Shown here one piece after another: positions 46,944 to 56,215 of a stretch of DNA of 56,215 bases. Position numbers and translations under genes: made by a program. Every line of letters begins with the position of its first letter. Within the stretch, counting starts at the first letter, position 1. The notes under the pieces are model-generated. The model searched no databases. It was given only the letters and a program-made list of their open reading frames with translations, and was not told the origin of the DNA. Source of the DNA: a virus (lineage: Duplodnaviria > Caudoviricetes); IMG/VR virus record IMGVR_UViG_3300029998_000036, positions 1 through 56,215 of that record. One strand, given 5' to 3'.

Positions 46944-49900
46944 ATGAGTAAAATAGTAAAATATATCACTATAACATTTGAACGTGGAATTGTAGAAAAT
47001 TTCAAACAAAGTGATTTGGATAATGAAGGAGTATTTCAATCAGTTCTATTTATGAATAACTGGAATCCTAATTTAGAGTCCAAGTCACTTGTTAAGAGAT
47101 ATATTGAAACTTATGATACTTCAATAGATAATTGGACAATTCAAGGAAATAAGACCTATTCTGTAGGTTCTATGAATATGAGCCAACCAATTGCCTATAA
47201 AATGCCATTTGCGGTAGTTCAAAAAGATGGAGTACGTTTCTATGCCTTTTGCAGTCGATTTACGGCTGGTAATCCTTTAGGCAATAAAGTAATCGAGACC
47301 GAATGGTTTAACGCCTTAGACGACGTTTCTGACGTCCGTTTTAAAGGTTACTTGCCAATTGGAGAATTAGCAGACTATTGTAGATATGGAGAGGCTTTAT
47401 ATTTTGTAAATACCGTTAGTTATCCTAATACTGAGAAAGTTTATCCAGTTTATAAATTTGCATATTGGGATAAAACTAAAATAAGAGCAAATGGTAATGT
47501 TTGGTTAAATGGAGTTGGTAATTTAGAAGGATTAACATTTACTCAAAATTATTTACCTTATGGCGATCTATCATGTTTAAAAGTATTTGAACCTAATAGA
47601 AGTTTAGTAAATAAATTTAAAGTTATATTCAAAGATAATTCAGTTCCAATTACAGACACTAGAACATTAGATGAATGTATTACTTTCCATGTATGGGAGA
47701 AACTATCTGAAATTGGAGATAGTAAAATACATAACAAATTACATGCTTACGTAGTTACTCCTGAATTACCTGATAATAAAGAAATAGTTGATGATGTAAA
47801 AAATTCTTGGCATTATCACAAACCAAGAAGATATACTGAATCAATATCTTCTATATTACACAATTCAACAGATATTGATTTTGCGCATCCAGATCAGGGT
47901 ACATTAACTTATGAAGAACTATATGATGATTTTGATAGTAATTCTAGAATAGTTTATAATAACAGTTCAAATAAAATATATAATTGTCTAAGTCCAGTAT
48001 TAAATAATAATATGGATTATAGTAATCCAGAAGATAGATTTTATACTTTGGATAAAGATTTTGTACAAAGTAATAAACTGATTACTTTTGCTATACCAAA
48101 TTATATTTCTAATAAAATGCCTAGAAATTGGTTTCCAGATGAAAAAATAACTTTTCTTATTACTATAGTAGAAAATAATATTGAAACAGTTTTAGGCCAA
48201 TATACTCATAATATAACAAGAGATGGCTATTATCCTTCATCGGTTACAAATCAAGACGATTCTACATATTTGATGGCACAACATTGTCCTATAAAAATAG
48301 ATTATGCTGAACATGAATTAATTAAACAAACTTCTATTTCTACTAAGTCATGGACATTTACTAATACTGATAGAGGCGACTGGAAATTATCTGGTGGTCA
48401 AACATCTGATGCTACTGAAGGTAGACATTCATGGAATGGTACTGTTTTTCAAAGATTAGAATATGCCAATTATCCATGGACACATATTAAACCTAAATAT
48501 TTATGTTTTACAGTTTCTATTGGACATGATTGTATATCAGATCTATTGAGCCATAATATATCAGCTATAAAAGTATATGTAGTACAACCTGATTTAACTC
48601 AAAAAGGTTTGTTAAAATCTATTACTTCTCAAGCTATTGAACCACCTACTACCTTATATTCTAAACCTAAAGATATTCAGTTAACATCTTCCGGCGAACA
48701 AGATTATTCAGTTTATTCTTTAATCAAAGAATTTAGAATAGTTGGAGATGGTAACAAAATAGAATCATGGCAGACTTACGATAAACGATTTAATGTATCT
48801 AATGCTTGGAAAGACGATTCAAATAATAAGTGTATTTGGGCAGTTGGTACAGATGAGAATAGCTTTGGTACTTTAAATGGCATTCCTGCCTTAGATAAAC
48901 TTCCACATGAGACTTATACTGAGATAACAGGTGTTACTATGCCTTTTGATGCTAGCGATCCTCTGACGTCATTAACGCCTGATTTTTGTGTTTGGGATTA
49001 CCCTACCGATAGTCCGGTATTAAATTTAGGCTTCTCCGGTAAAGTATGGAAAGGTACTGGAGCAGGATTGATAGTTGTTTCTAATGGAGTTGTTTATATT
49101 GGTAAATGTTTAGATGAATTTGGTAATATAGAACCTGCAGTATGGAGATGGTGTTTAATTCAAAATGGTAAACCAGCTTGGGATATTTTTCCAGAGGAAA
49201 ATCAGATTACGTTTGGACAGGAAAATCATACTGCGGGTATTGTTTATAGAGAACAGTTGGTAGCATTTACAAAAGATGAGTTCTTTAGAATGAGTGTTGC
49301 TCAAGCTTATACAGCTGAACAATGGGAAGTGTTAGATTCGGTACAAGGTCATGGTACATTTAGTCAAAAGACTGTATGCGTATGCCCAGATGGCTTTGTA
49401 TTCTGTGATAGCAATGGTATATGGATAAGCGATGGTAGACTACCTATGTCATTGACTAATAACCCTGAAAGAGGTTTAGCTATTACAAGTTTATATCAAT
49501 CTTTGATGATAGGTAATAACTATACTTTCATGGCTCACAATCAATCGTTTGTTCTGCCGGCTAATTCTATTATAAATGGCTATAATAACTATGCAGAGCT
49601 TCTATACGACGAGATTAATAATGAATTGATACTTTCATCGCCTGTTGTATTAAATAGTCTTAAAACGTCTTTAAACCTTATATATTCATTTACGTTTAAT
49701 AATTGGAGAATAGAATCATATCTTAGAAATGAGAAATTGTCATATTCTGTCAATCATAGATATTTATTTGCTAAACCTGATTTACAAACTCCTTTGATTG
49801 AAGATGGAGTGTTAAAGTTTTCTAAAATAGATACTCAAAACTCTGGCAACAAAGATCTTATATTTACTAATGATATTAATACATCTTTGAGATCACATGA

Positions 49901-50291
49901 GCTAGGTGATTCAGTAGACGATAATATACTTCATTCAGCGTTCTTAGCAGTCGAACCTATATCTAATGCTCCTGCCTATGATAACGTTGAACCTACGTTC
50001 TCTATTGCTTATAGAAGTAGTATCAATAATACTGTTGATCCAATTAACGATATGATTAAATTGAATATGGATCCGGTTATGGAACCTTCAAATCCTTTAT
50101 CAGCTTATAAGCAATTACAAACTCCTATTGATATAAGTTATGGAGATGATAATATAGTATCTAATGAATCTATTAAGTTAATGCTACCATTGAGAAGTAA
50201 GTTTCGTAGAGCGACGTTCCAATATATATCTAAACATACTATTAAAATAAAAGCTATTATTGTTAGAATAGTTTCAATGAAACGGAAATAA
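46944..50291 (+). CDS. Tail nozzle/stabilisation protein (P22 gp10/T7 gp12-like)
   Basis: 1115 aa, beta-propeller-like repeats (EQLVAF, HGTFSQKTV, GFVFCDSNGIW.SDG); follows the adaptor genes. Confidence 0.6.
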   Translation: MSKIVKYITITFERGIVENFKQSDLDNEGVFQSVLFMNNWNPNLESKSLVKRYIETYDTSIDNWTIQGNKTYSVGSMNMSQPIAYKMPFAVVQKDGVRFYAFCSRFTAGNPLGNKVIETEWFNALDDVSDVRFKGYLPIGELADYCRYGEALYFVNTVSYPNTEKVYPVYKFAYWDKTKIRANGNVWLNGVGNLEGLTFTQNYLPYGDLSCLKVFEPNRSLVNKFKVIFKDNSVPITDTRTLDECITFHVWEKLSEIGDSKIHNKLHAYVVTPELPDNKEIVDDVKNSWHYHKPRRYTESISSILHNSTDIDFAHPDQGTLTYEELYDDFDSNSRIVYNNSSNKIYNCLSPVLNNNMDYSNPEDRFYTLDKDFVQSNKLITFAIPNYISNKMPRNWFPDEKITFLITIVENNIETVLGQYTHNITRDGYYPSSVTNQDDSTYLMAQHCPIKIDYAEHELIKQTSISTKSWTFTNTDRGDWKLSGGQTSDATEGRHSWNGTVFQRLEYANYPWTHIKPKYLCFTVSIGHDCISDLLSHNISAIKVYVVQPDLTQKGLLKSITSQAIEPPTTLYSKPKDIQLTSSGEQDYSVYSLIKEFRIVGDGNKIESWQTYDKRFNVSNAWKDDSNNKCIWAVGTDENSFGTLNGIPALDKLPHETYTEITGVTMPFDASDPLTSLTPDFCVWDYPTDSPVLNLGFSGKVWKGTGAGLIVVSNGVVYIGKCLDEFGNIEPAVWRWCLIQNGKPAWDIFPEENQITFGQENHTAGIVYREQLVAFTKDEFFRMSVAQAYTAEQWEVLDSVQGHGTFSQKTVCVCPDGFVFCDSNGIWISDGRLPMSLTNNPERGLAITSLYQSLMIGNNYTFMAHNQSFVLPANSIINGYNNYAELLYDEINNELILSSPVVLNSLKTSLNLIYSFTFNNWRIESYLRNEKLSYSVNHRYLFAKPDLQTPLIEDGVLKFSKIDTQNSGNKDLIFTNDINTSLRSHELGDSVDDNILHSAFLAVEPISNAPAYDNVEPTFSIAYRSSINNTVDPINDMIKLNMDPVMEPSNPLSAYKQLQTPIDISYGDDNIVSNESIKLMLPLRSKFRRATFQYISKHTIKIKAIIVRIVSMKRK

Positions 50292-50293
50292 TA

Positions 50294-51052
50294 ATGCCTA
50301 TACGTACAACAGCTGCAACAGGATGGAGACATGATAATCTCGAAACTCAAAAAGAGTTTGAACGAATTGGTAAACAATTGTCTCAAGCTACCAAATCAAC
50401 CACCGACGCTAAAATTGTCGGTAGTCCCTTTGGTCAGGTGGGGACTGAAACTAGTCCAGATACTCAAGGACAAACTTTTGAACAAGATTTAAGTGTTAAA
50501 CATAATAGTAGCATAGTAAGTGAAAAGATAGTTAAGACTTTAAATTTTATAGATACTAGGCTTAACTATATAGAAGGCGTATTTATTGTACCAACAGTTG
50601 TAGAACTAAACGAAACTAGAGAGAATGCCAGTAGATCTGAAGTTAGTATAAAAATAAATGCTCATTTAAGTAAAATGGCTTTATTGAAATATCTTAAAAC
50701 TAATGGGTTATTTTCTAGTTTCAATATGCCAATAACTATAATTGATAATGAAACTAATTACGACATTACTGATTATAGTTTTCCAATAGGCGGTATAACT
50801 TATGATACGGTTGAGTATGTATCTAAAGCTGGATTCATTAATTCCTGTATAAGTAATAATAGAGTAGTTAATTTTGTTATTAATGGAATTAACTATCGAA
50901 TAGGTTTTACTGGCATGGGATTTCCGGCTAAATTAGAAAAGACTTGGAATAGCGACGGTAGAGAAATATTTACTTTGATATGGCAATTTACAAAAGCTAA
51001 TGGTGGATTTGATTTATTAGCTAAATACAAAACTCATATAGAAATATCTTAA
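50294..51052 (+). CDS. Putative tail protein
   Basis: Between nozzle and fibre genes. Confidence 0.45.
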   Translation: MPIRTTAATGWRHDNLETQKEFERIGKQLSQATKSTTDAKIVGSPFGQVGTETSPDTQGQTFEQDLSVKHNSSIVSEKIVKTLNFIDTRLNYIEGVFIVPTVVELNETRENASRSEVSIKINAHLSKMALLKYLKTNGLFSSFNMPITIIDNETNYDITDYSFPIGGITYDTVEYVSKAGFINSCISNNRVVNFVINGINYRIGFTGMGFPAKLEKTWNSDGREIFTLIWQFTKANGGFDLLAKYKTHIEIS

Positions 51053-51606
51053 TGATACTAAATCAATCTAGTTTAATATCTCCTACTCAAATAGATATAG
51101 AGGCTTTAAAAGAATTATTAACTACTACGGTTACTACTGGAGTTAATAAACAAATAGTCGAAAATCTAAATGGAGCTATTGATGATTATAACCAAACATT
51201 TACTACCGGATATGATTTTATACCTTATACAACAAGTGTGTTCTATAATGGTATAAAACAAAGACGTGGTTTTGATTATTCAGAGTTGAACAATAGAACA
51301 ATTGTTGTATCCTTTATACCTTCTAGAACAGGTATAGTAGATGACTTGCAAATAATCTATGAACAAGATAGTACCGCTACTGGTACTGTTATAAGAGAAC
51401 AATTACATGGAGTAGTTAATAATGTTAATCAAGTGTTTATAACTACTTATTCTTATCAAACAGGTTCATTAGCTATATTCTGTAATGGTATGTTATTAGC
51501 TAAATCTAATTATTCAGAATCTGCTGATAAGGAAATAACATTAACCTTCGCTCCTTCGACAATAGGAATGTATGACGATTTGTATATTATTTATAATAAA
51601 TTCTAA
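51052..51606 (+). CDS. Tail/fibre-associated protein with two beta-sandwich repeats
   Basis: Two G..D/N..N..F.T...VFxNG...YSE repeats. Confidence 0.6.
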   Translation: MILNQSSLISPTQIDIEALKELLTTTVTTGVNKQIVENLNGAIDDYNQTFTTGYDFIPYTTSVFYNGIKQRRGFDYSELNNRTIVVSFIPSRTGIVDDLQIIYEQDSTATGTVIREQLHGVVNNVNQVFITTYSYQTGSLAIFCNGMLLAKSNYSESADKEITLTFAPSTIGMYDDLYIIYNKF

Positions 51607-51616
51607 GTGAGGGAAA

Positions 51617-52765
51617 ATGTCTACGACACAAATTAGAGCCTCTAGACAATTCTATGCTGATGCAGATGTACCGTTCAATAGTTATAAGATTACAGGCTTA
51701 GCTAATGGTACCAATAATACTGACGCAATCAATAAATCGCAGTTAGATACTGCAATAGCTGGAGTAGTTAGCGGTACTGCTTTAAAGGGCGGTATAGACT
51801 GTTCTACGAACCCTAATTATCCGGCTGGTACTGTTGGTGATGTTTATAGAGTTACAGTCGCTGGCAAGATAGGTGGAGCTTCAGGACTTAATGTAGAGGT
51901 CGGTGATAGAATAGAATGTTATGTTACAAGTGTAACTGGAACTCAAGCAGCTGTTGGAGCTAATTGGTTAGTAACTCAAGCTAATATTGATGGAGCTGTT
52001 ATTACAACAGATACAACTGGAGTATCAACATCTATTATTACACAAAGTGCTAGTGGAGCTAGAACACATGTTCAAAGTTTAGCTAAAATAACATCTGGTG
52101 GTAGTGTTAATATACCGACTGGACAGACTTATCAAGTTAATGGAGTATCATTAACAGCTTCAATGATTGGAGCAGAACCTACTGTTACTAAAGGTAATCT
52201 TGATGAAACCAATTCTAATGTATTAGTTTTTAATGGTGGAGCTGGTTCAGTAAATTCATTGTTTTACCATACCACAATAGAAGTTAAAGTAGCTAGTAGT
52301 GGTAGTGGCGGTTATTTATCAGCTGCTGATTGGATTACATTTAATACTAAAGAACCAGCTGTTACTAAAGGTTCATTGTCAGAACTTACATCTAGTGTAT
52401 TAACTATAGCAGGTGGAGCTGGAGCAGTAATTGGATCTGGGGCTACAATAACCGTTAAACAAGCTAACACTTCTCAAAGTGGTTATTTAAGTTCTACAGA
52501 CTGGAATACATTTAATACTAAAATAAGTAAAGCAACTTTGTTAGCAGATCTTATTGTTAGAGAAGTTCCGACTGGTTCTAAGAATGGCTCTAACACTACA
52601 TTCACATTAGCTAATACTCCTGTATCAGGTAAAGAAGAAGTATTTGTCAATGGTATATTGATGGATGCTGGAGCCGGCAATGATTATACTATATCAGGCG
52701 CTACAATAACAATGCTTACAGCTCCTTTATCAACAGATAAATTAGTAGTCACATACTGGAAATAA
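51617..52765 (+). CDS. Tail fibre protein
   Basis: G/T/S-rich; DAINKSQLD, two GYLSxxDWxTFNTK repeats, C-terminal VFVNG...NDYTISG domain. Confidence 0.7.
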   Translation: MSTTQIRASRQFYADADVPFNSYKITGLANGTNNTDAINKSQLDTAIAGVVSGTALKGGIDCSTNPNYPAGTVGDVYRVTVAGKIGGASGLNVEVGDRIECYVTSVTGTQAAVGANWLVTQANIDGAVITTDTTGVSTSIITQSASGARTHVQSLAKITSGGSVNIPTGQTYQVNGVSLTASMIGAEPTVTKGNLDETNSNVLVFNGGAGSVNSLFYHTTIEVKVASSGSGGYLSAADWITFNTKEPAVTKGSLSELTSSVLTIAGGAGAVIGSGATITVKQANTSQSGYLSSTDWNTFNTKISKATLLADLIVREVPTGSKNGSNTTFTLANTPVSGKEEVFVNGILMDAGAGNDYTISGATITMLTAPLSTDKLVVTYWK

Positions 52766-52768
52766 ATA

Positions 52769-53716
52769 ATGGCTGCAACTCAAATTCCGGGTACTCAAAT
52801 AAAAGATTCATCTGTAACTGAAATAGATTTAAGTTTTAGCGATGTTACTACAAATAATGCAGATACTACAAAACATGGTTTAATGCCTAAGTTTCCGGGT
52901 ACTTCTAATCAACATTTAAGCGGCTTAGGTACTTTTGTAGCTGATTATTTAGCTAATAGTCCTGAAGTAATACAATATAGGACTTATTCTACGACTGGAG
53001 AAATATTTACAGCTATTCAGTCATTTATAGATTATAATATATTATATATTGATTATACTGGTGCTGCAACAATAGACTTAACTGCTTTAGGAGAACCTTC
53101 TCAAATAGTAGATAAAGTTCATTTTATTATTATTCGTAATATAGGTGGTAGTACAGTAACAGTTAATTTACCAGTATCCAATACTACCTATAGACTTGTA
53201 TCATGCCCTATAACAACGTTTACTTTAGCAAATAATGAATCTAAAATGATAACAATAGTTCATATTAGGAGTACAGCGTTTCCTAGCGGTTATGTTGGTA
53301 AACCTATAATGGGCATATCGGTTAATCAATCATCTAGTTTACCAACTGGAACAGCTGGATCTACGTTAAAGTTTAATGCTTCTAGCGTATTGGAAGCAAC
53401 ATTCGCAGATGTATATTATAATAATATTGGAGCTAGTTCTGGTACAATAACATTTGATTGTGTATATTACAATTACTTTGATATTACCTGTGCTACTCCA
53501 ATTAGTGTGGCTATATCTAATTTAGCTAGTAATAGATATGCAGTTATATATATTAAAAATACTGCTGCTGCCCCAATAGCTGTTTCATTACCTTCTGGAA
53601 GTATAGCAGCTAGCAATTCATTCAATATAAATTCTAATTTAGCTAGAGAGTTTTCGGTAATTAAAGTTAATAATGTTTTAAGATGGCAAGTATCTGGCGA
53701 ATTAAATACAATTTAA
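52769..53716 (+). CDS. Tail fibre/receptor-binding protein
   Basis: HGLMPK linker, LPTGTAG linker, two similar beta domains. Confidence 0.6.
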   Translation: MAATQIPGTQIKDSSVTEIDLSFSDVTTNNADTTKHGLMPKFPGTSNQHLSGLGTFVADYLANSPEVIQYRTYSTTGEIFTAIQSFIDYNILYIDYTGAATIDLTALGEPSQIVDKVHFIIIRNIGGSTVTVNLPVSNTTYRLVSCPITTFTLANNESKMITIVHIRSTAFPSGYVGKPIMGISVNQSSSLPTGTAGSTLKFNASSVLEATFADVYYNNIGASSGTITFDCVYYNYFDITCATPISVAISNLASNRYAVIYIKNTAAAPIAVSLPSGSIAASNSFNINSNLAREFSVIKVNNVLRWQVSGELNTI

Positions 53717-53735
53717 GAATATAAATTAAAATAAA

Positions 53736-54164
53736 ATGAGACAAGCATATTTAGATACAGTAGATAAGAATCCTAACAGACCAACAGTACAAGCTACTTT
53801 AAGTTATGTAACAAGAACTGCTACAAATTTAGTATTAAATTTATCATCAATAGGCAATGGAGATAATTGTCTTATAATAGGTTTCTACAAAGGATATGGT
53901 GATAATATATTGTTGACGCCTCCAATTCCATTATCTACATTCCCAATTGATGGAACTAATTATACTGCTAATACAATATTTGGATCAGGTAGTTCAATAG
54001 GAAATGGATTTGCAGTTTATAAAGGGAATACAAATAACAATATTACAATTTCTGGCCTTTCACGTGGTAGTACTTATACTTTTTATGCTTTATCATTTGA
54101 TAGCGTAACTAATACTTATTTAACAGATCCATCGGCTATTCAAAATAGAAATACACAAAGGTAA
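53736..54164 (+). CDS. Fibronectin-III-like protein
   Basis: VYKGNTNNNITISGLSRGSTYTFYA FN3 pattern. Confidence 0.6.
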   Translation: MRQAYLDTVDKNPNRPTVQATLSYVTRTATNLVLNLSSIGNGDNCLIIGFYKGYGDNILLTPPIPLSTFPIDGTNYTANTIFGSGSSIGNGFAVYKGNTNNNITISGLSRGSTYTFYALSFDSVTNTYLTDPSAIQNRNTQR

Positions 54165-54167
54165 AAC

Positions 54168-54530
54168 ATGGAATCACCTGATTTAATGAAAACAATATTA
54201 ACTGTATTGTTATTTATATCCACCACTACTTTAGGTATTGTTGGTTGGTTTATCAAAAACACTTATGGACAAGTTATTAAGTCCGTAGATGAGTTTAAAA
54301 AAGATGTTAAAGAATCTATTGATGTTTTACAAAAAAGCGTCAATGTAATTAAAGATGCTATGGAAGAAAGACGTATAAATGAAACTAAGTTTGAAGGTAG
54401 AGTTAGTCAAACTGAAAAAGATATTGTAGAATTGTATGCTTCCATGGAAGTAGTAAAAAATAAAATAGAAGAACATTCGACAAAACAAGTTATATTTGCA
54501 AGTAAATGTAAAGATTGCAATAGGGTATAA
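54168..54530 (+). CDS. Single-TM + coiled-coil protein (holin/spanin-like)
   Basis: N-terminal TM, heptads, C-terminal CKDC. Confidence 0.5.
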   Translation: MESPDLMKTILTVLLFISTTTLGIVGWFIKNTYGQVIKSVDEFKKDVKESIDVLQKSVNVIKDAMEERRINETKFEGRVSQTEKDIVELYASMEVVKNKIEEHSTKQVIFASKCKDCNRV

Positions 54531-54531
54531 A

Positions 54532-54960
54532 ATGATAGACTTTGCTTCTATATTAGGTAAGCAACAACAAAAGCCTCAAACAAGCGATTCTAGCACTAAT
54601 AGTAGCGTAGCCGATAACTTTATCGGCTTACCTACTAATAGTGTCTCTAATGCCATTAATGGAGCTGTTAATGGTGATACTAGTCAAATTACATCTGCTG
54701 GATTATCTACTATTGGCAATTTGTTATTACCCGGAGTTGGTGGTATGATAGGAGGAGCATTTGGTGGTATGATAGGTGGTGGTAAATCTGATGAACAAAA
54801 GAAAGCCGAGCAATTACAAAAGGCTAAAGAAATTGCTAATCAATCATTATCCGTTGAAGCAGGACAATTGCAATCGATGTCAAGTATAGATCAAGATAGA
54901 AAAGAACAATTAGCTAAATTACAACCTCCTAATAACTTTATGGAAACAAGGAGAATATAA
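54532..54960 (+). CDS. Putative ejection/internal virion protein with glycine zipper
   Basis: LPGVGGMIGGAFGGMIGGG; start trimmed to ATG 54532. Confidence 0.55.
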   Translation: MIDFASILGKQQQKPQTSDSSTNSSVADNFIGLPTNSVSNAINGAVNGDTSQITSAGLSTIGNLLLPGVGGMIGGAFGGMIGGGKSDEQKKAEQLQKAKEIANQSLSVEAGQLQSMSSIDQDRKEQLAKLQPPNNFMETRRI

Positions 54961-55832
54961 TGATCGGTAATCCATATTATAAGTCTAATAGAATAGAAGA
55001 TGCTTTAAGTAGAGTAAAGAAACGTTATCCTGTACTAGATCAACAACAACCAATTACTCCAATAGATCCTAACGCACCTGATATTGGCGATATAAACCAA
55101 TATTCATCTGTTGATCCTAAGCAAGGTTCTAATCAAGGTGATACTGGACAAATGACTACTATATCTAATCAACCTGTTAATTTACAACAGCGTATTGAAA
55201 CTGCCCCTACTGCTATTCCTATTCCACAAGGGAATACTGGAACTGATATAGTACAAGACGATACTACCACCGGTGGAGCTTATGCTGGATTAGCTGGAGC
55301 TTTAGGCGGTGGTTTATTGTCTATGCTTAACAATGGTGGTAATGAAAAGAAATATTGGGAAGGTAGAACTGCTCAAGCTCAAAATACTGCTAATAGAGAA
55401 TTGAATTTAGCCACAGATCCTGAAGCTAATAGACGTGCTTCTCAATTGGCGTTAGAAACTGCTAAATCAGGTGCAGTACAACAAGCTTCTAATATTGGAG
55501 CAACAGCAGCAACAGCAGGTGGGTTAGGCGGTGATGTATCATCTGCTCAATTGCAAGGTATTAAAGCTGCTGCTCCTGTTATGCAAACTAGTGGGCAATA
55601 TGATACTGCTATTGCCGGATTACAAGGTCAGAAAGCTCAAGAAGAATCTGGTAAATTACAACAACTTATGGCAGGTACCCAACAACGATTTGCTATCGAT
55701 GATTCTGCTAATTATGTGCAAAAGCCTAGTAAGTATTCTGGTCTATTATCTATGATACAGGCTGGAGCTAATACAGGTAATATACTTAATGAGATTGGCA
55801 GTCAAAAGAATAAAAAATTGGAGAAGAAATAA
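54960..55832 (+). CDS. Putative ejection/internal virion protein
   Basis: Gly/Ala hydrophobic segment (GGAYAGLAGALGGGLL), Q/A-rich helices, basic C-terminus. Confidence 0.55.
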   Translation: MIGNPYYKSNRIEDALSRVKKRYPVLDQQQPITPIDPNAPDIGDINQYSSVDPKQGSNQGDTGQMTTISNQPVNLQQRIETAPTAIPIPQGNTGTDIVQDDTTTGGAYAGLAGALGGGLLSMLNNGGNEKKYWEGRTAQAQNTANRELNLATDPEANRRASQLALETAKSGAVQQASNIGATAATAGGLGGDVSSAQLQGIKAAAPVMQTSGQYDTAIAGLQGQKAQEESGKLQQLMAGTQQRFAIDDSANYVQKPSKYSGLLSMIQAGANTGNILNEIGSQKNKKLEKK

Positions 55833-56215
55833 TGCCACAGGTAACTCAATTACAAGGTGATAATAGTAATCTACAAGACGCTCAAATAGCTACACAAACG
55901 CTAGGTGAAACAATGCGTAATATTCGTAAAAAGGAAAGAGAACAATCTAGCGCATTAAATCAACTTAGAGTAAAGCTATTAGCTAAACCTGATAAATTCC
56001 AAACCGGTACTGCCGTATCTGCCAATGTAGACGGTACTATTGTTGGCAATGATATATTTAATCAAGCTATGGCATTAAAGAAAGCTGAATTACAGTCTGA
56101 ACCCGGATTCGCTCCTATTGTCAATATTAGCAATGAAGAAGGTAATAAAGCTGCTTTACTACAAGAACAAGGTATAAGGACAGCCGCAGCTTCAACGACA
56201 GTCAATAGAAAATCT
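55832..56215 (+). CDS. N-terminal part of the wrap-around ejection-like protein (continues at position 159)
   Basis: TAATG-coupled ATG; MPQVTQLQGD...DIFNQAMALKK runs in frame into ORF 12..1328. Confidence 0.75.
   Translation, partial: MPQVTQLQGDNSNLQDAQIATQTLGETMRNIRKKEREQSSALNQLRVKLLAKPDKFQTGTAVSANVDGTIVGNDIFNQAMALKKAELQSEPGFAPIVNISNEEGNKAALLQEQGIRTAAASTTVNRKS
56058..56215. repeat. Terminal direct repeat (copy 2)
   Basis: Matches 1-158 with one mismatch. Confidence 0.97.

Noticed and set aside
51617-54164. Diversity-generating retroelement or invertible fibre cassette
   Set aside because: No reverse transcriptase, template/variable repeat pair, invertase or flanking inverted repeats seen.
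54491-54498. Additional TATATTTG promoter elements (54491, also 35030)
   Set aside because: Inside coding sequence; no properly spaced -33 TTTG seen for 54491, so not called.
56058-56215. End repeat as a biological direct terminal repeat
   Set aside because: It lies mid-gene in a continuous ORF, so an assembly overlap is more likely. The T/C mismatch (Val/Ala) may be a polymorphism or an error.
1-56215. Stop-codon reassignment as in some crAss-like phages
   Set aside because: Genes are long, intact and tightly coupled under the standard code; TAG terminates terL and MCP normally.

Overview
The window looks like a complete, circularly assembled, AT-rich tailed-phage genome. Bases 1-158 are repeated at 56058-56215 with one mismatch, giving a unit length of about 56,057 bp. 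A non-coding AT-rich/hairpin region at about 19.55-20.4 kb separates a short leftward operon from rightward early genes. These are followed by an inverted 5-gene cassette (26.7-29.3 kb), a recombination/replication block (Rad52-like annealase, DnaB-like helicase, Cas4-like nuclease, SMC-like ATPase; no recognisable DNA polymerase, primase or integrase) and a podovirus-type late block. The late block holds portal, scaffold, SU10-like major capsid protein, three adaptor/ring-like proteins, a CHAP hydrolase, nozzle, fibres, ejection proteins, a 4167-aa protein, holin and terminase. Most notable: (1) the 4167-aa protein has two HExxH zincin motifs plus the motif series of a single-chain two-barrel RNA polymerase (DG..K..K..SxxK..RxP..DxDGD), resembling crAss-like virion RNA polymerases; (2) a 16-18 bp motif, TTAATTTTCGTTATAT, sits upstream of all four early transcription units, a candidate promoter for that enzyme, while late units have Bacteroidota-type TAnnTTTG promoters; (3) a tRNA-like cloverleaf RNA inside a long terminal stem lies right behind one motif copy; (4) an inverted cassette encodes a Gly-rich/coiled-coil 'CCC' protein, a small beta-sandwich protein and an HTH regulator. 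All calls come from reading motifs by eye; no searches were run.
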